64,000 bases of DNA from Candidatus Obscuribacterales bacterium (GTDB taxonomy: Bacteria; Cyanobacteriota; Vampirovibrionia; Obscuribacterales; Obscuribacteraceae). Position 1 is the stretch's first letter. Every line of letters starts with the position of its first letter. Positions 39,635 to 49,912 of the stretch are shown here, in pieces. The stretch is from NCBI GenBank assembly GCA_965228855.1, contig CBDDIJ010000003.1, forward strand, positions 384,001-448,000, in the 5' to 3' direction. The notes below the pieces were generated by a model. That model saw nothing but the letters and a program-made list of their open reading frames with translations, did not search any database and had not been told where the DNA came from. The translations under genes and the position numbers were made by a program.

Positions 39635-40549
39635 TTAGGTCTGGGTGTCAAGAGCGGCGCGTATTACTTCTTCTGTTAAATATGTTTTCGGTTGCAAATC
39701 GTCGTCTGGGAGGTCGGTTCCCTTTGCCGGCGTGCTCATATCGTCCGACAGCATTTGAATCTGGGCGACGGTCACAAGCGGGTTATCTGTGAGCTTCTCC
39801 ATCACGGCCGCCATCCCCAGGTGCAAAAGTCCGGGCAACGGTAGAACCAGAGCTGCTTTCTTCTTGACCTTCGCAATCCGATGGACGGCATCGCCGAGCG
39901 TCATCTCTTCCGGTCCAAGGACTGAAACCGTTTTGTGAACCATGCGCCCGTCGACGGCTGCCGCGATAATCAGCTCTGTCATATCTTCCAGACCAACCGG
40001 ACGAATTTTGTTTGAACCGAAGGATAGCGGAGGGGAGAATATCGGCAGTGTGTCTAATGCTCGCGAAATGTTCGAAATCATGTGGTCGCCAGGTCCAAAA
40101 ATCATTCCCGGGCGGAAAATAGTCCAGTCAAGCTCGGAATGGCGCAACAGTTCCTCGGCTTCGAATTTAGTGCTCAGGTATTTTGAGAATATGTCCGGGC
40201 GCGCCTTGAGATAGCTAACGTATATCAGGCGCGGTATGCCTGCTTTTCGGGCGGCGGTCATCACGCGAATCATGTTTTCCACATGAACGGTTTTAAACTC
40301 GTTGGGCTCCTGCTCTCGGTTTATCCCTATCAGGTGCACAATCGCATCACAGTTATTGAAAGCTTGAAACAGCCTGCGCTCATCGCTCATCATGAGCGGC
40401 ATGAAGTTTATGTTAGCCTCTTTTCGCAGCGCTTCACCTCGGCTGCCCAGTCCACGGGCAACGACCGTCGGAAAATGCCCACGCGCGGCCAGTGTCCGAG
40501 CCAGATGCCTGCCCAGAAAGCCGGAGCCGCCTGTAATTGCGATTCTCAT
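39635..40549 (-). CDS. NAD(P)-binding SDR/epimerase (NDUFA9-like)
   Basis: TGGSGFLG, YLSTK, WTIFRPGMIFGPGD. Confidence 0.88.
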   Translation of the reverse strand: MRIAITGGSGFLGRHLARTLAARGHFPTVVARGLGSRGEALRKEANINFMPLMMSDERRLFQAFNNCDAIVHLIGINREQEPNEFKTVHVENMIRVMTAARKAGIPRLIYVSYLKARPDIFSKYLSTKFEAEELLRHSELDWTIFRPGMIFGPGDHMISNISRALDTLPIFSPPLSFGSNKIRPVGLEDMTELIIAAAVDGRMVHKTVSVLGPEEMTLGDAVHRIAKVKKKAALVLPLPGLLHLGMAAVMEKLTDNPLVTVAQIQMLSDDMSTPAKGTDLPDDDLQPKTYLTEEVIRAALDTQT

Positions 40550-40733
40550 TTCGTCGCGTTTTAGCCGTAGTCTGAAGAGTAGCCGTAGTAAAAAGCAGTC
40601 GCGCCTGATGAAAAGTTTACTCTTTCTGCTTTGATTCGAATAGTTGCCGGGCGTTTGTGCGGTATCTTATTGAGTTCAAAGTATTCGATTCGCCTGAAAG
40701 CGTCATTTAAAACCAAAAAAGCAGAGATTCATA

Positions 40734-43553
40734 ATGGTAAACACAGTTAAAGAACCGCAGCCAGAACTGGAAAGCATCGGCATCCGAAAGGTTTCGGAAG
40801 TCAAGAATGTGCACGAGTACGTGCTAGACAACGGTTTGAAAGTCTTGCTAATGGAGAACCACTCCGCTCCAGTCATTACTTTCCTTGTTCTTTACAAGGT
40901 TGGTAGCCGCAACGAAGGTGTCGGATACACAGGCGCGACCCACTTTCTGGAGCACATGCTCTTCAAAGGCACTAAGAAGCACAATCCTGATAAGGGAAAC
41001 GGCATCGACGATCTGCTGACTCAAATTGGCGCCTACTGGAATGCCACCACCTGGTTCGACCGCACCAGTTATTTCGAGGTTGTGCCTGCTGAATTTTTAG
41101 ATATGTGCGTCAAGCTCGAAGCTGACCGTATGCGTAATTTACTTCTTCGTCAGAGCGACCGCGACTCGGAAATGTCAGTCGTTAGAAATGAGCTTGAGCG
41201 CGGTGAAAACTATCCCGAAGAAGCGTTGGAGAAGGAACTGTATGCGGTGGCATTCCGTGAGCATCCCTATCACCATCCGACGATCGGCTGGCGCAGTGAC
41301 GTGGAAGGTGTGGCGCTGGACCGGCTGCGTGAGTTCTACGATACGTTCTATCATCCAAACAATGCCACCGTTATTTTGCTCGGTGATTTTGAACATCAAT
41401 CAGCGTTGCGTTTGATTCATAAGCATTATGGCTCGATCAAACCGTCACCGGCACCGATACCACATGTCTACACTGTCGAGCCACCACAGGAAGGCGAGCG
41501 CCGTTTTGAAATCGTTCGCGCCGGTGACTTGCCTAAGGTCTGGATGGGCTTCCACATCTCCGAAGCTGACCATGAAGACACCTATCCGCTTGCCGCGGCT
41601 CGTCACATTCTGGGAAGCAGTTTCGAACGCTCCAGTCGTTTGTATAAGTGCTTGATTGAAACCGAGATTGCAGCTGAGGCATTCTGCCGTCATGACGAGC
41701 TAAGGGACCCTGGCTTGTTCATAATAGGTGGAACTTTGAATCCAGGCGTACCAATCGAGAAAGCCGAGACAGCAATTCTTGAAGAGCTTCGGAGAATGGC
41801 GAGTGAGCCAGTGGGCGAAGAAGAATTGAGACGTGCCAAAAGCGCTAATCTGAAGGGAACGATTCTGGCGAAATCCGATCCTAGCTCAATGGCGTTTATG
41901 CTAGGTGAAGCCGAGTCCAAAGCGGACTGGATGTGGCTCATGAATTATGACGACAAGTTCGAGGCTGTCACCGCCGACGATATCATGCGTGTAATCGGAA
42001 AATACTTCATTAAAACCAACCGCACGATTGGGTATTTCAAACCGCAACAAATGGAAGACGTTCCGGCTCCGGCACCTCAATATGATGGTGTTGATGAGAT
42101 GGGTGAATACGCTGAAGAAGTGCCCGGACAGCTCCCTTCCGAATTCAAGGAACCGGAAGTGCAGACGCGTGAAATGGGCGGCGAAGATGCTTCATATCCG
42201 GCTGATGAACTTGAGAAATTGTTGGCTGAAGCACCAAAATCGGTCAAGGTCAAAATTCCCAAGTCGGTCACTTCCGGCAGTAAGTTTGTGGACCGCGTTT
42301 ATCAAGAGACGCTTCCCAACGGTTTAACCGTGATGGTCATGGAAAATCCCGGGACCGAATCCATAGGGTTCGCGTTCAACCTCAGGGCTGGTCGCTACTT
42401 CACCTGCAAAGACGAGAATAGTGCCCTTGCTGAACTTGTCGGCGAAATGCTGCCACGAGGTTCCAAAAAATACGACAAAACTCAGATTGCAGAAATGCTA
42501 GAGGATATGGGTATCCCCGGTGGTCTGGAGTTTGGCGTCGATAACTATCGCTTGAGTGTCGCGACCAATCTGGTGGCGTCTGATTTTAAAACCTACCTCG
42601 AGCTTCTCGATGATGTTTTGCGTAATCCTCTTATGGAAGAAGAGGAACTTCGAAAGGTTCGAGTTGAATGGACCGCAAAACTAGTTGAGGCCACCAATAA
42701 CACGCGCAGTGTTGCCTGGAATGGTTTGAAACGTATTCTGTATCCGGAATCACATCCGTTTTTCGAAAAGACATTTGCCGAGCAAATCGGAGAATTTGCT
42801 TCGGTAAACTCAGAACAGCTGCTTGCCGGGCATAAACGACTCGTCAGCCCGCAGTCAGCGGTCATGGCTATCGTTGGGGATATCACCGTTGAAGAGGCCA
42901 TGAAGATAGTCAAAGATCAGTTTGGAGATTGGACGGGTGAAAAACCAGGTGCGATCGCTATTCCGGATGTCACCATCTCTGATACCAGAAAATACTTCGA
43001 GATCAACTTGCCGGATAAGAGCAGCGCAGACATCATTTTGTCGCATCCTACGAGTTTGAAGCGCTCGGCCAAGGATTTTTATGCTGCAAGAATGGCTAAC
43101 GCGGCCCTTGGTCAAGACACGATAACCTCGCGCCTTGGACAGGTGGTCCGTGATCGAGCAGGATTGACATACGGTATCCATTCAGTATTCTCGGACACTG
43201 CATTTGGTGGCGCGCCGTGGTCCGTAATGCTGACTGTGAATCCGAAGAATATAGACAAGGCCCTTTTCCTTGTAGACAAAGTTCTCGACGAGTACATGGA
43301 GCGCGGCATATCGGAAGAAGAGCTTTCACGTGAAATTGGGCGTGCAGTCGGCTCATTTAAAGTGGGTCTTGCATCATCGATGGGCATCGCCAGGGTGCTT
43401 GCTGAGCTGGAATTCCTGGGGCTCGGAACGGCCGAGCTGGACAAGATAAGTAAGAAGTATTTATCCGTCACTAAGACTCAAGCCGACGATGCGATGCGCA
43501 AATACTTCCAGCCCAAAAATGCTACGGCAATGATTGCCGGAACGCTTCCCTGA
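40734..43553 (+). CDS. M16 family zinc peptidase (two-module, no signal peptide)
   Basis: HFLEH, NATTWFDRT; paralog of 22872..26000. Confidence 0.93.
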   Translation: MVNTVKEPQPELESIGIRKVSEVKNVHEYVLDNGLKVLLMENHSAPVITFLVLYKVGSRNEGVGYTGATHFLEHMLFKGTKKHNPDKGNGIDDLLTQIGAYWNATTWFDRTSYFEVVPAEFLDMCVKLEADRMRNLLLRQSDRDSEMSVVRNELERGENYPEEALEKELYAVAFREHPYHHPTIGWRSDVEGVALDRLREFYDTFYHPNNATVILLGDFEHQSALRLIHKHYGSIKPSPAPIPHVYTVEPPQEGERRFEIVRAGDLPKVWMGFHISEADHEDTYPLAAARHILGSSFERSSRLYKCLIETEIAAEAFCRHDELRDPGLFIIGGTLNPGVPIEKAETAILEELRRMASEPVGEEELRRAKSANLKGTILAKSDPSSMAFMLGEAESKADWMWLMNYDDKFEAVTADDIMRVIGKYFIKTNRTIGYFKPQQMEDVPAPAPQYDGVDEMGEYAEEVPGQLPSEFKEPEVQTREMGGEDASYPADELEKLLAEAPKSVKVKIPKSVTSGSKFVDRVYQETLPNGLTVMVMENPGTESIGFAFNLRAGRYFTCKDENSALAELVGEMLPRGSKKYDKTQIAEMLEDMGIPGGLEFGVDNYRLSVATNLVASDFKTYLELLDDVLRNPLMEEEELRKVRVEWTAKLVEATNNTRSVAWNGLKRILYPESHPFFEKTFAEQIGEFASVNSEQLLAGHKRLVSPQSAVMAIVGDITVEEAMKIVKDQFGDWTGEKPGAIAIPDVTISDTRKYFEINLPDKSSADIILSHPTSLKRSAKDFYAARMANAALGQDTITSRLGQVVRDRAGLTYGIHSVFSDTAFGGAPWSVMLTVNPKNIDKALFLVDKVLDEYMERGISEEELSREIGRAVGSFKVGLASSMGIARVLAELEFLGLGTAELDKISKKYLSVTKTQADDAMRKYFQPKNATAMIAGTLP

Positions 43554-43693
43554 GTTGCCATTACGGGTGGTACTAGTGTCACCCGTGATGCCTGACAAAT
43601 ATATCGTCCTCGAATTTGGAGGACGATATCTCTGTACATATAGATCGATTTTGGCTAACATTAGCCTGGCTTACTAGAGAGCGGGCATATCAA

Positions 43694-44347
43694 ATGAGCA
43701 ACCACCAAGTTTCATCGCAGTATACGCACACACCGGACCTATTGAGTCTGGAGGGGCTTGATGATTTTCTCTGCGGTCTCATCGACGAATTGTTTCACGT
43801 CGAAGCCGAAGGTCCACAAGAAAATTCCAGTCGAGCAGAACTGGCTTTGATTGAAAGCGATATCATCGACGATATCGAAAATAATGACAGAGGAAATGTA
43901 GTTTCGGCGCTTCCTGGTTTGTTTGCAAGAAGTGCTGCGGCAGCTAAATCGATTGATGAGCGTCCGAGCCTTTTCGAAGGAGACGCGGACACGAATCAAT
44001 GGCTCCTGAGAGTAAAACTTTTAGAGTCGCAACTCGACTACAGAACGAATGAACTTCAAGAATCGCTGCGTCGCATGCGATGGTTGGAGAATGAACTGGC
44101 TTCTCGTGAGGATCAAGTAAAGTACTTGCCTGAGCTTTTAAAGCGCAGTGTAGACGCGACCCGGTATGAGTTGGAACTGGATGACCTCAAGCTCAAGTTG
44201 GAATTTCTAACTAGCGAGCTTAGTTCGGCAAATGAGCAATTAGCTACAATCAAGGCAAATTGGTTGGGGCGTTTAAGTCTTTGGCTGGCGTCAAAGAAAG
44301 CAGATATGGAGCGAACGGAGCAACCTATCTGTGAGGCGAGCGATTAG
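43694..44347 (+). CDS. Coiled-coil hypothetical protein
   Basis: Acidic N-terminus, heptad-rich C-terminus; start placed at ATG 43694. Confidence 0.65.
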   Translation: MSNHQVSSQYTHTPDLLSLEGLDDFLCGLIDELFHVEAEGPQENSSRAELALIESDIIDDIENNDRGNVVSALPGLFARSAAAAKSIDERPSLFEGDADTNQWLLRVKLLESQLDYRTNELQESLRRMRWLENELASREDQVKYLPELLKRSVDATRYELELDDLKLKLEFLTSELSSANEQLATIKANWLGRLSLWLASKKADMERTEQPICEASD

Positions 44348-44373
44348 TCGATCGTCTGAGACAAACGTTTTGC

Positions 44374-44405
44374 GGACGCCCTGTTTCGACGGGGCGTTTG
44401 TCTTT
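44374..44405 (+). terminator. Probable intrinsic terminator
   Basis: GACGCCCTGT-TTCG-ACGGGGCGTT followed by a T-rich tail. Confidence 0.55.
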
Positions 44406-44419
44406 GGTAAACTGGACGA

Positions 44420-45190
44420 ATGAAACCGAATGGAACTCGCTCTTCAGTTTGCTCGATAACAAGTTTTCTTGTCGGTCATCTATCGCCGGTATCACTTACT
44501 ATGCGATTAGTGTCAGCTACGGTCGGTTTGACGATCATCAGCTCTTCAGCTGCAACTCTTCCGCCGGCATTCTGCCAGGCTGACGGTTATGAATCAAGTT
44601 CCGACGAACAGCCACAGTTCATAATTTACCTTCCACGAGGCGACGGTACGAAAGGCACATTTGGAGGTGTTGTTCCGACTGGGACCCTGGCTCAATCGGA
44701 TTGGTTTATTCTCGATCAAAAAGCAAGGCAGTCCATTCTGGACGAAAATTTGTCAAACGCGGAAAACCTTTTCAAGCAAGGCATTCAAAAGGCTGAAGCT
44801 AAAGCGATGTACGAACCAGGGGTGATAAATTCGTTTTGCGGTCTAGCGTTTCTCTATCACAAGCAAGGTAATAACGCCGAGTCTGAGCGCGTTTACGAAT
44901 ACGCGATGCGGTATTTGGAAGGAGTGTCCGGTGGGCGTGATAGCGCACGATTCGCGGACTACTTGCCGGACCTGGCGTGGCTGTACAATTCTCACGGCAA
45001 GCCTGACAAGGCGGAAGTTTTATTGAAAAGTGCCGTTGCAATTCGCGAGCGTCGCTTCGGAGAGTACAGCAAGGAGCTTGAAAAAAGTCTGGGCGACTAC
45101 GCATACTTCCTGCGCAAAAATGGTCGCGACACTGAAGCTCGGCATCTAGATGCAAGGATCAAATTGATTCAAAGTCATGTTTCTGAGTAA
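44420..45190 (+). CDS. TPR protein
   Basis: LAFLYHKQG...E; LAWLY...AEVLLKSAVAIRE. Confidence 0.8.
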   Translation: MKPNGTRSSVCSITSFLVGHLSPVSLTMRLVSATVGLTIISSSAATLPPAFCQADGYESSSDEQPQFIIYLPRGDGTKGTFGGVVPTGTLAQSDWFILDQKARQSILDENLSNAENLFKQGIQKAEAKAMYEPGVINSFCGLAFLYHKQGNNAESERVYEYAMRYLEGVSGGRDSARFADYLPDLAWLYNSHGKPDKAEVLLKSAVAIRERRFGEYSKELEKSLGDYAYFLRKNGRDTEARHLDARIKLIQSHVSE

Positions 45191-45217
45191 AGCCGGCGCA
45201 CCATATATGGAGGCAAC

Positions 45218-46075
45218 GTGGACGAACTCGACGCTACCATGCTCTGGGAAGAGAACGCGGAAGCCTGGACTCAGTTGGCTCGCATGGGTTATGACATATA
45301 CCGCGACGGATGTAACAGTCCGGCTTTTCTAAACATGCTGCCGCCGGTAACGGGTTTAAGCGGGCTGGATGTTGGATGTGGTGAAGGCGCCAACACCAGA
45401 AGTGTGGCGGCTCTAGGGGCGACGATGGTGGGAGTGGATGTTTCCCCCACCTTCATCAAGCACGCGCAGGGTTTCGAACAGAGAAGTGATTCCGGAAAGG
45501 CGCATGAATTGCCGATTGATGATAAGCCAGTGCCAGCGTCTTCACCTGTTGAGTACCTCGTGACTGATGGGGCTCTGCTGCCATTTGCCTCCCAGAGTTT
45601 TGATTTCGTTATGTCGACGATGGTTTTAATGGACATCGAAAATGTTGAGGCTACGCTGAAAGAGATAAATCGCGTGATGAAACGAGATGGATTTTTTCAG
45701 TTTTCAATTGTGCATCCTTGCTTTCAGACTCCCGGAATGCGTTGGATCCTCGATAGCTCTGGTAATCGAAATGGCGTTGAGGCCGCTCGATATTTTCAAG
45801 AAGGTCGCATAGACGATGAATGGACATTCAGCGCAGCTCCGGCGGAAGTTCTAAAGGCGTTTAAACCATTTCGTGTTGCTCATTTTCATCGCACCTTGAG
45901 CAGTTGGATGACACTGCTTCGCACTACCGGTTTCTTTCTGGATGCGCTTTTAGAGCCGTGTCCCGATGACGCTGCAATTGCAAAGTATCCACCGCTTCGT
46001 TGTATGAAGGAGGTGCCGCTGTTTCTGCACATGAGAGTTTTAATAGACCCGCAATCGCCTATTGGATATGATTAG
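45218..46075 (+). CDS. Class I SAM-dependent methyltransferase
   Basis: LDVGCGEG, LPFASQSFD, HPCF, HRTLS; GGAGG SD. Confidence 0.9.
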   Translation: MDELDATMLWEENAEAWTQLARMGYDIYRDGCNSPAFLNMLPPVTGLSGLDVGCGEGANTRSVAALGATMVGVDVSPTFIKHAQGFEQRSDSGKAHELPIDDKPVPASSPVEYLVTDGALLPFASQSFDFVMSTMVLMDIENVEATLKEINRVMKRDGFFQFSIVHPCFQTPGMRWILDSSGNRNGVEAARYFQEGRIDDEWTFSAAPAEVLKAFKPFRVAHFHRTLSSWMTLLRTTGFFLDALLEPCPDDAAIAKYPPLRCMKEVPLFLHMRVLIDPQSPIGYD

Positions 46076-46155
46076 GCAAATCATTTTTAGTGAATGATTC
46101 TTTTAGCAGTCAGTCTTATTACTAACCGAGTTGATGATTCGGGCAAATCTAGCCA

Positions 46156-47355
46156 ATGAGTAAACGTTCGACCCCGGTCTTAATCGGAGATCTGCTTGTT
46201 AAGTCGGAGCTGGTTTCGCTCGGTCAATTTGCCGATGCTATGCCGATTTCGCTTAAAACCGGTTTGCCGGTCGGACGGGTTCTTGTCGGTTCCGGTTTTC
46301 TTACCGAACCAGAGTTCAAGGCAGCGGTAACGGCTCAATCTCTGGTTCGCGAGAATTTGTTGCCTATGGAAATGGCAATCAACTCCTTGCGACTGGCACG
46401 CCAGCAGCGACTTACTTTCGACGAGGCGCTCAGGAAGATTGGTTGGAAATCTGAGTACTACGAAGCCACCAATCGGCTTGGCGACCTGATTGTTGACGCC
46501 GGTTGCATGAAGGCTGCGGATCTAGAGGGTGCACTAGATGCATGTTTTACCTCGGGACTGCCTCTGGGACGCGTTCTAGTGTTGCGGGGCGTATGCAATG
46601 AGATGCTGACATATGCGGCGTTAACCGCTCAGGTCCTGCTTCGCGAAGGAAACATCACGCGAGAGCAGGCGCTAGAAGGGCTCAAGATCGTAAACCAGCG
46701 CAAGATTACGATGGAAGAGTCACTCGATCAGCAAGGTCTGATTGCCAAACGCGGTCACACAATCCGGCTTGGAGAGCTGTTGATGCTCGCCAGTTTGGTG
46801 TCCGAGATCGATTTGTTGTCGGCGGTTGAACGCGGAATGCTTGATGAACAGCCGATAGGACAGGTCCTGGTGCGAGTCGGATTGATAACCGAGCAGACTC
46901 TGGAACAGGCACTCCAGCTGCAAAATCTAGTAACCAGAGCGCAGTTGAGACCTCTGGATGCTGCCGAGGTGCTCAAAAAGGTACGAAAGACCGGAGTCTC
47001 CATTGAGAAAGCGATTGCCGAGCTGAGCGGGGGCGCTGCCAGCGGCAATGGCTTCGACGTTATGGAGTTGCCGGAGCTTCTGAGAGCCGCTGGATTACTC
47101 GCCCATACGGATATGATTAAAGCCATCGACCAGAGCTCTGCTACCGGTGTGTCCGTCGAGCAAGTGTTGATGAACAGTCACCTCGTGGACAAGGTGACTA
47201 TGGACGCGGCGTCTCGCTGTCAGGCTCTTTTGAAGGCTGGACAAATAAGTCAGGAGCAATGCGTGTTTGCTTTGCAGACCTGGATAGGTTCGCGTCGAGA
47301 TATCGACCAGATCCTTTCAGGTGTGGGCTGGAAACCTGTACAGACACAGCTTTAG
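46156..47355 (+). CDS. Tandem MshEN-like (c-di-GMP-binding) repeat protein
   Basis: Eight (R/P)LG.LL...G.I....L..AL half-motifs, equal to four MshEN-like units, with no other domain. Confidence 0.75.
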   Translation: MSKRSTPVLIGDLLVKSELVSLGQFADAMPISLKTGLPVGRVLVGSGFLTEPEFKAAVTAQSLVRENLLPMEMAINSLRLARQQRLTFDEALRKIGWKSEYYEATNRLGDLIVDAGCMKAADLEGALDACFTSGLPLGRVLVLRGVCNEMLTYAALTAQVLLREGNITREQALEGLKIVNQRKITMEESLDQQGLIAKRGHTIRLGELLMLASLVSEIDLLSAVERGMLDEQPIGQVLVRVGLITEQTLEQALQLQNLVTRAQLRPLDAAEVLKKVRKTGVSIEKAIAELSGGAASGNGFDVMELPELLRAAGLLAHTDMIKAIDQSSATGVSVEQVLMNSHLVDKVTMDAASRCQALLKAGQISQEQCVFALQTWIGSRRDIDQILSGVGWKPVQTQL

Positions 47356-47371
47356 GGAATTGCCCCGTAAG

Positions 47372-47402
47372 AAAAGCTCACCGCACAATCGTGGTGAGCC
47401 TT
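47372..47402. terminator. Probable bidirectional terminator
   Basis: GCTCACCGC/GTGGTGAGC hairpin between convergent genes. Confidence 0.55.
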
Positions 47403-47431
47403 GAAATCACTTGCAGATAGCTCTTTCTAAG

Positions 47432-48124
47432 CTAATCCGATATGACTACACAGTTGCCGCCCTTATCGACAGCGGTGTTGAGCGCCTTTTCCAGCTTCTG
47501 GAACATCTCGTCATAGTTGGCACAATGGGCGGGAAACGAGGCTATACCCAGGCTGAGCGTGACATGCCAGTTCTGTGTCAAGTCTGAGACACGTTCAAGT
47601 TGAATTTTCGAGCGCATACGCTCGGCTAGAATCGATGTGCCTTGAGCGTCTGTTTCCGGGCAAAGCACGAGCATCTGCTCGGCGCTGTAGCGTGCTGGCA
47701 CGTCTACGTCACGAATTGTTCTCATCACGAAGTCTGAGACGCCACGAAGAATTGAGTCCGCTACGTCATGACCATGACTTTGCTGAATTCCGTACAGTCC
47801 GTCGACGAGAAACATCAAAAGCGTGCAGTCATGCTTGTATCGCTTCGAACGCTTGAGCTCGTCACTGATGATTCTGGTGATAGTATTGTGGTTATAGAAC
47901 TGCGTGACATTGTCCAGAAGCGTGATTCGCTCCATCTCTTTCGGATCTGTCTGCGAAAGAGTGCTTTGTACGTTGGTGAGATAACTGCCCTGCTCGAGCT
48001 CCTTCAAGCGACTTTGCGTATCGCTCTGGGATTGTTGTTGAACGCGTCCGGTCTTTCTAAGCATGTTCAGCTTTTGGCGAAAAAGACCTTCTCTCCCCAT
48101 CAACGGTTCTTGTTGATCGCGCAC
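47432..48124 (-). CDS. Degenerate GGDEF-domain protein
   Basis: DNVTQFYN, ELKRSKRY, RDVD I-site, RYSAEQ in place of RYGGEE, VTLSLGIA. Confidence 0.85.
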   Translation of the reverse strand: MRDQQEPLMGREGLFRQKLNMLRKTGRVQQQSQSDTQSRLKELEQGSYLTNVQSTLSQTDPKEMERITLLDNVTQFYNHNTITRIISDELKRSKRYKHDCTLLMFLVDGLYGIQQSHGHDVADSILRGVSDFVMRTIRDVDVPARYSAEQMLVLCPETDAQGTSILAERMRSKIQLERVSDLTQNWHVTLSLGIASFPAHCANYDEMFQKLEKALNTAVDKGGNCVVISD

Positions 48125-48673
48125 GGCATGTTCTCCCTTGGGTGTACCTTAGCTTTGTATAACATATATGCTAAGGATTATACTAGGAAAACACATATAT
48201 ACAACACAGCTGTGTTAAGTGCTGTCGGCTAACCGTTAGCAGTCTCGAAAAATGAACCTTGCCTTACTGTTCCACCGCTATTTTTCAAAATTGTTCGAAA
48301 TGACATTACAGATGGTGGCATGTAAGCTTGCATTCCCCAAAAATTCGCCTCTGATCTCTGTATGTTATCGATATGTGACAGACGTGCGATCGGGGTGTTG
48401 TCATGAAAAGTTTTGACAGAAAACTTTTCGAAGAAGAATAGATGTAATGAGGTCTGCGATTGCCTCATCGCTATATGACAACTGCCGTGATGTCGCCAAT
48501 GGTGGCGACCCAAAAAGTTTATGTGTCGAAATTTTGTTGAGGGTTGACCGGGTGTTAAACTATTTCCAATCTTGATTGCCGAAACGAACCGGCTCATTGT
48601 CAAGTAACCTGTATATTGAATCTGTATTTGAGGCTCGCCTTCGCGATCGATTCCAGGCGGCTCGGGAGAAAAA

Positions 48674-49366
48674 ATGTTTTCTACAACCAGAACTCTTCCG
48701 GTGAAACTATTCGCCGGGCTAATGTTGTGTCTCTTCTTTCTCCAGTCCACGCCTTGCTTCGCCGAAGATCTAGCCGATTCACCACATATGGTGCAGGAGC
48801 GTCTCGAAAAGGGTGAGGTGGTTTGCGGTCTGGAAACGCTGGGCAAAACCCGCTTCGTAACTGGTCGTGTGCTCATAGATCAGCCTCCGGAAAAGGTTTG
48901 GCCGGTTATGGTCAACCCCTTCGAGTTTCAACAAAAGATTTCGCCGCGCATGAAATCAGTTGATGTAACCGTCGACCAATTGCATAAATCGGTCATGACA
49001 GTGAGCATGGACACTTTTCCGATTCCGGACATTTCTTACACTGTCGAGTCTGAGTACACGCGCACCGAGCATGGTGCGCGCATTGACTTCCACCGGATAG
49101 GTGGAACGCTGAAGGATTTCAAAGGTCACTGGTTGATTAATCCTGCCTGTCAGGGGAAGAAAACCGAATTGATCTACAGCATGTATCTGGACCCCGGATT
49201 CTACGTGCCTCAGTGGATTGTGCGCTTTGGTGTCAAACAGGAATTGCCGAAGACACTGTTAGCGTTGCGCAAACGCGTTGAAGAAGTCGTGGGAAATAAC
49301 GCAAGTCTGGAAAAGAAGACGATACTAGCTGCGACACCACTTCACAAGCACCATATCACCTACTAG
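48674..49366 (+). CDS. SRPBCC/polyketide cyclase-like secreted protein
   Basis: IDQPPEKVW, GTLKDFKGHW, PGFYVPQW; signal peptide. Confidence 0.8.
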   Translation: MFSTTRTLPVKLFAGLMLCLFFLQSTPCFAEDLADSPHMVQERLEKGEVVCGLETLGKTRFVTGRVLIDQPPEKVWPVMVNPFEFQQKISPRMKSVDVTVDQLHKSVMTVSMDTFPIPDISYTVESEYTRTEHGARIDFHRIGGTLKDFKGHWLINPACQGKKTELIYSMYLDPGFYVPQWIVRFGVKQELPKTLLALRKRVEEVVGNNASLEKKTILAATPLHKHHITY

Positions 49367-49416
49367 ACGTAGCACTCACGGCAATTTGAAAGATGTTGAC
49401 GCTGGGTGCAAGCCGT

Positions 49417-49632
49417 AAAAACAAAAACACCGCTCAGATTTTACTCTCGAGCAGTGTTAGCGCTACTGTCTGACTTGCCCCTTGCGGAGGGCTCAGTATT
49501 TCATCGTGCTCACAATCAGAAGCTCACACGTTGCGGACTCACAAGGTACAGTTTCTGGCGGGCGCCGCCTGTCGTTTCCCCTTGGTCCCTCGGCTCAACA
49601 TGTCTCACTTGGGAGGCATTCACCGTTTATGC
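49417..49632 (-). ncRNA. Candidate stand-alone structured sRNA (about 215 nt)
   Basis: TATACT -10 (49638-49643), several stems, repeated TGTGAG, terminator AACACTGCTC/GAGCGGTGTT with a T-run; no credible ORF. Confidence 0.55.
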
Positions 49633-49912
49633 AAATTAGTATATCGCATGATTCGATAACTAAAAGTACCCCAATGGACATTTAATTTAAGCTTACTACG
49701 CGTTGTCACTTATGGCTATCCATGCTGTTCTTTGTTGAAAAGTAGATTAACAAGCGCTGGGACCACAAAGCCGAAGAGCTCAATCGGCATTTATTTGTGG
49801 TTCTATATATGGTGGCGCGCGATCGCGTCTGTTTTGGATATAGATCGGATATGCTTTGTTGCCGTTTTTGTTGATAAACCAGGTCAAGAGCCTTGTTCTG
49901 GTTTTAAAAACA

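Noticed and set aside
48229..48876. 215-aa minus-strand ORF
   Set aside because: No recognisable motifs; overlaps the SRPBCC gene and a divergent promoter region.
49560..49610. Glycine riboswitch-like GCCGAGGG...GAAAC...CAGGC
   Set aside because: Lacks the GAAGG/CUCUC core pairing and has no downstream same-strand gene.
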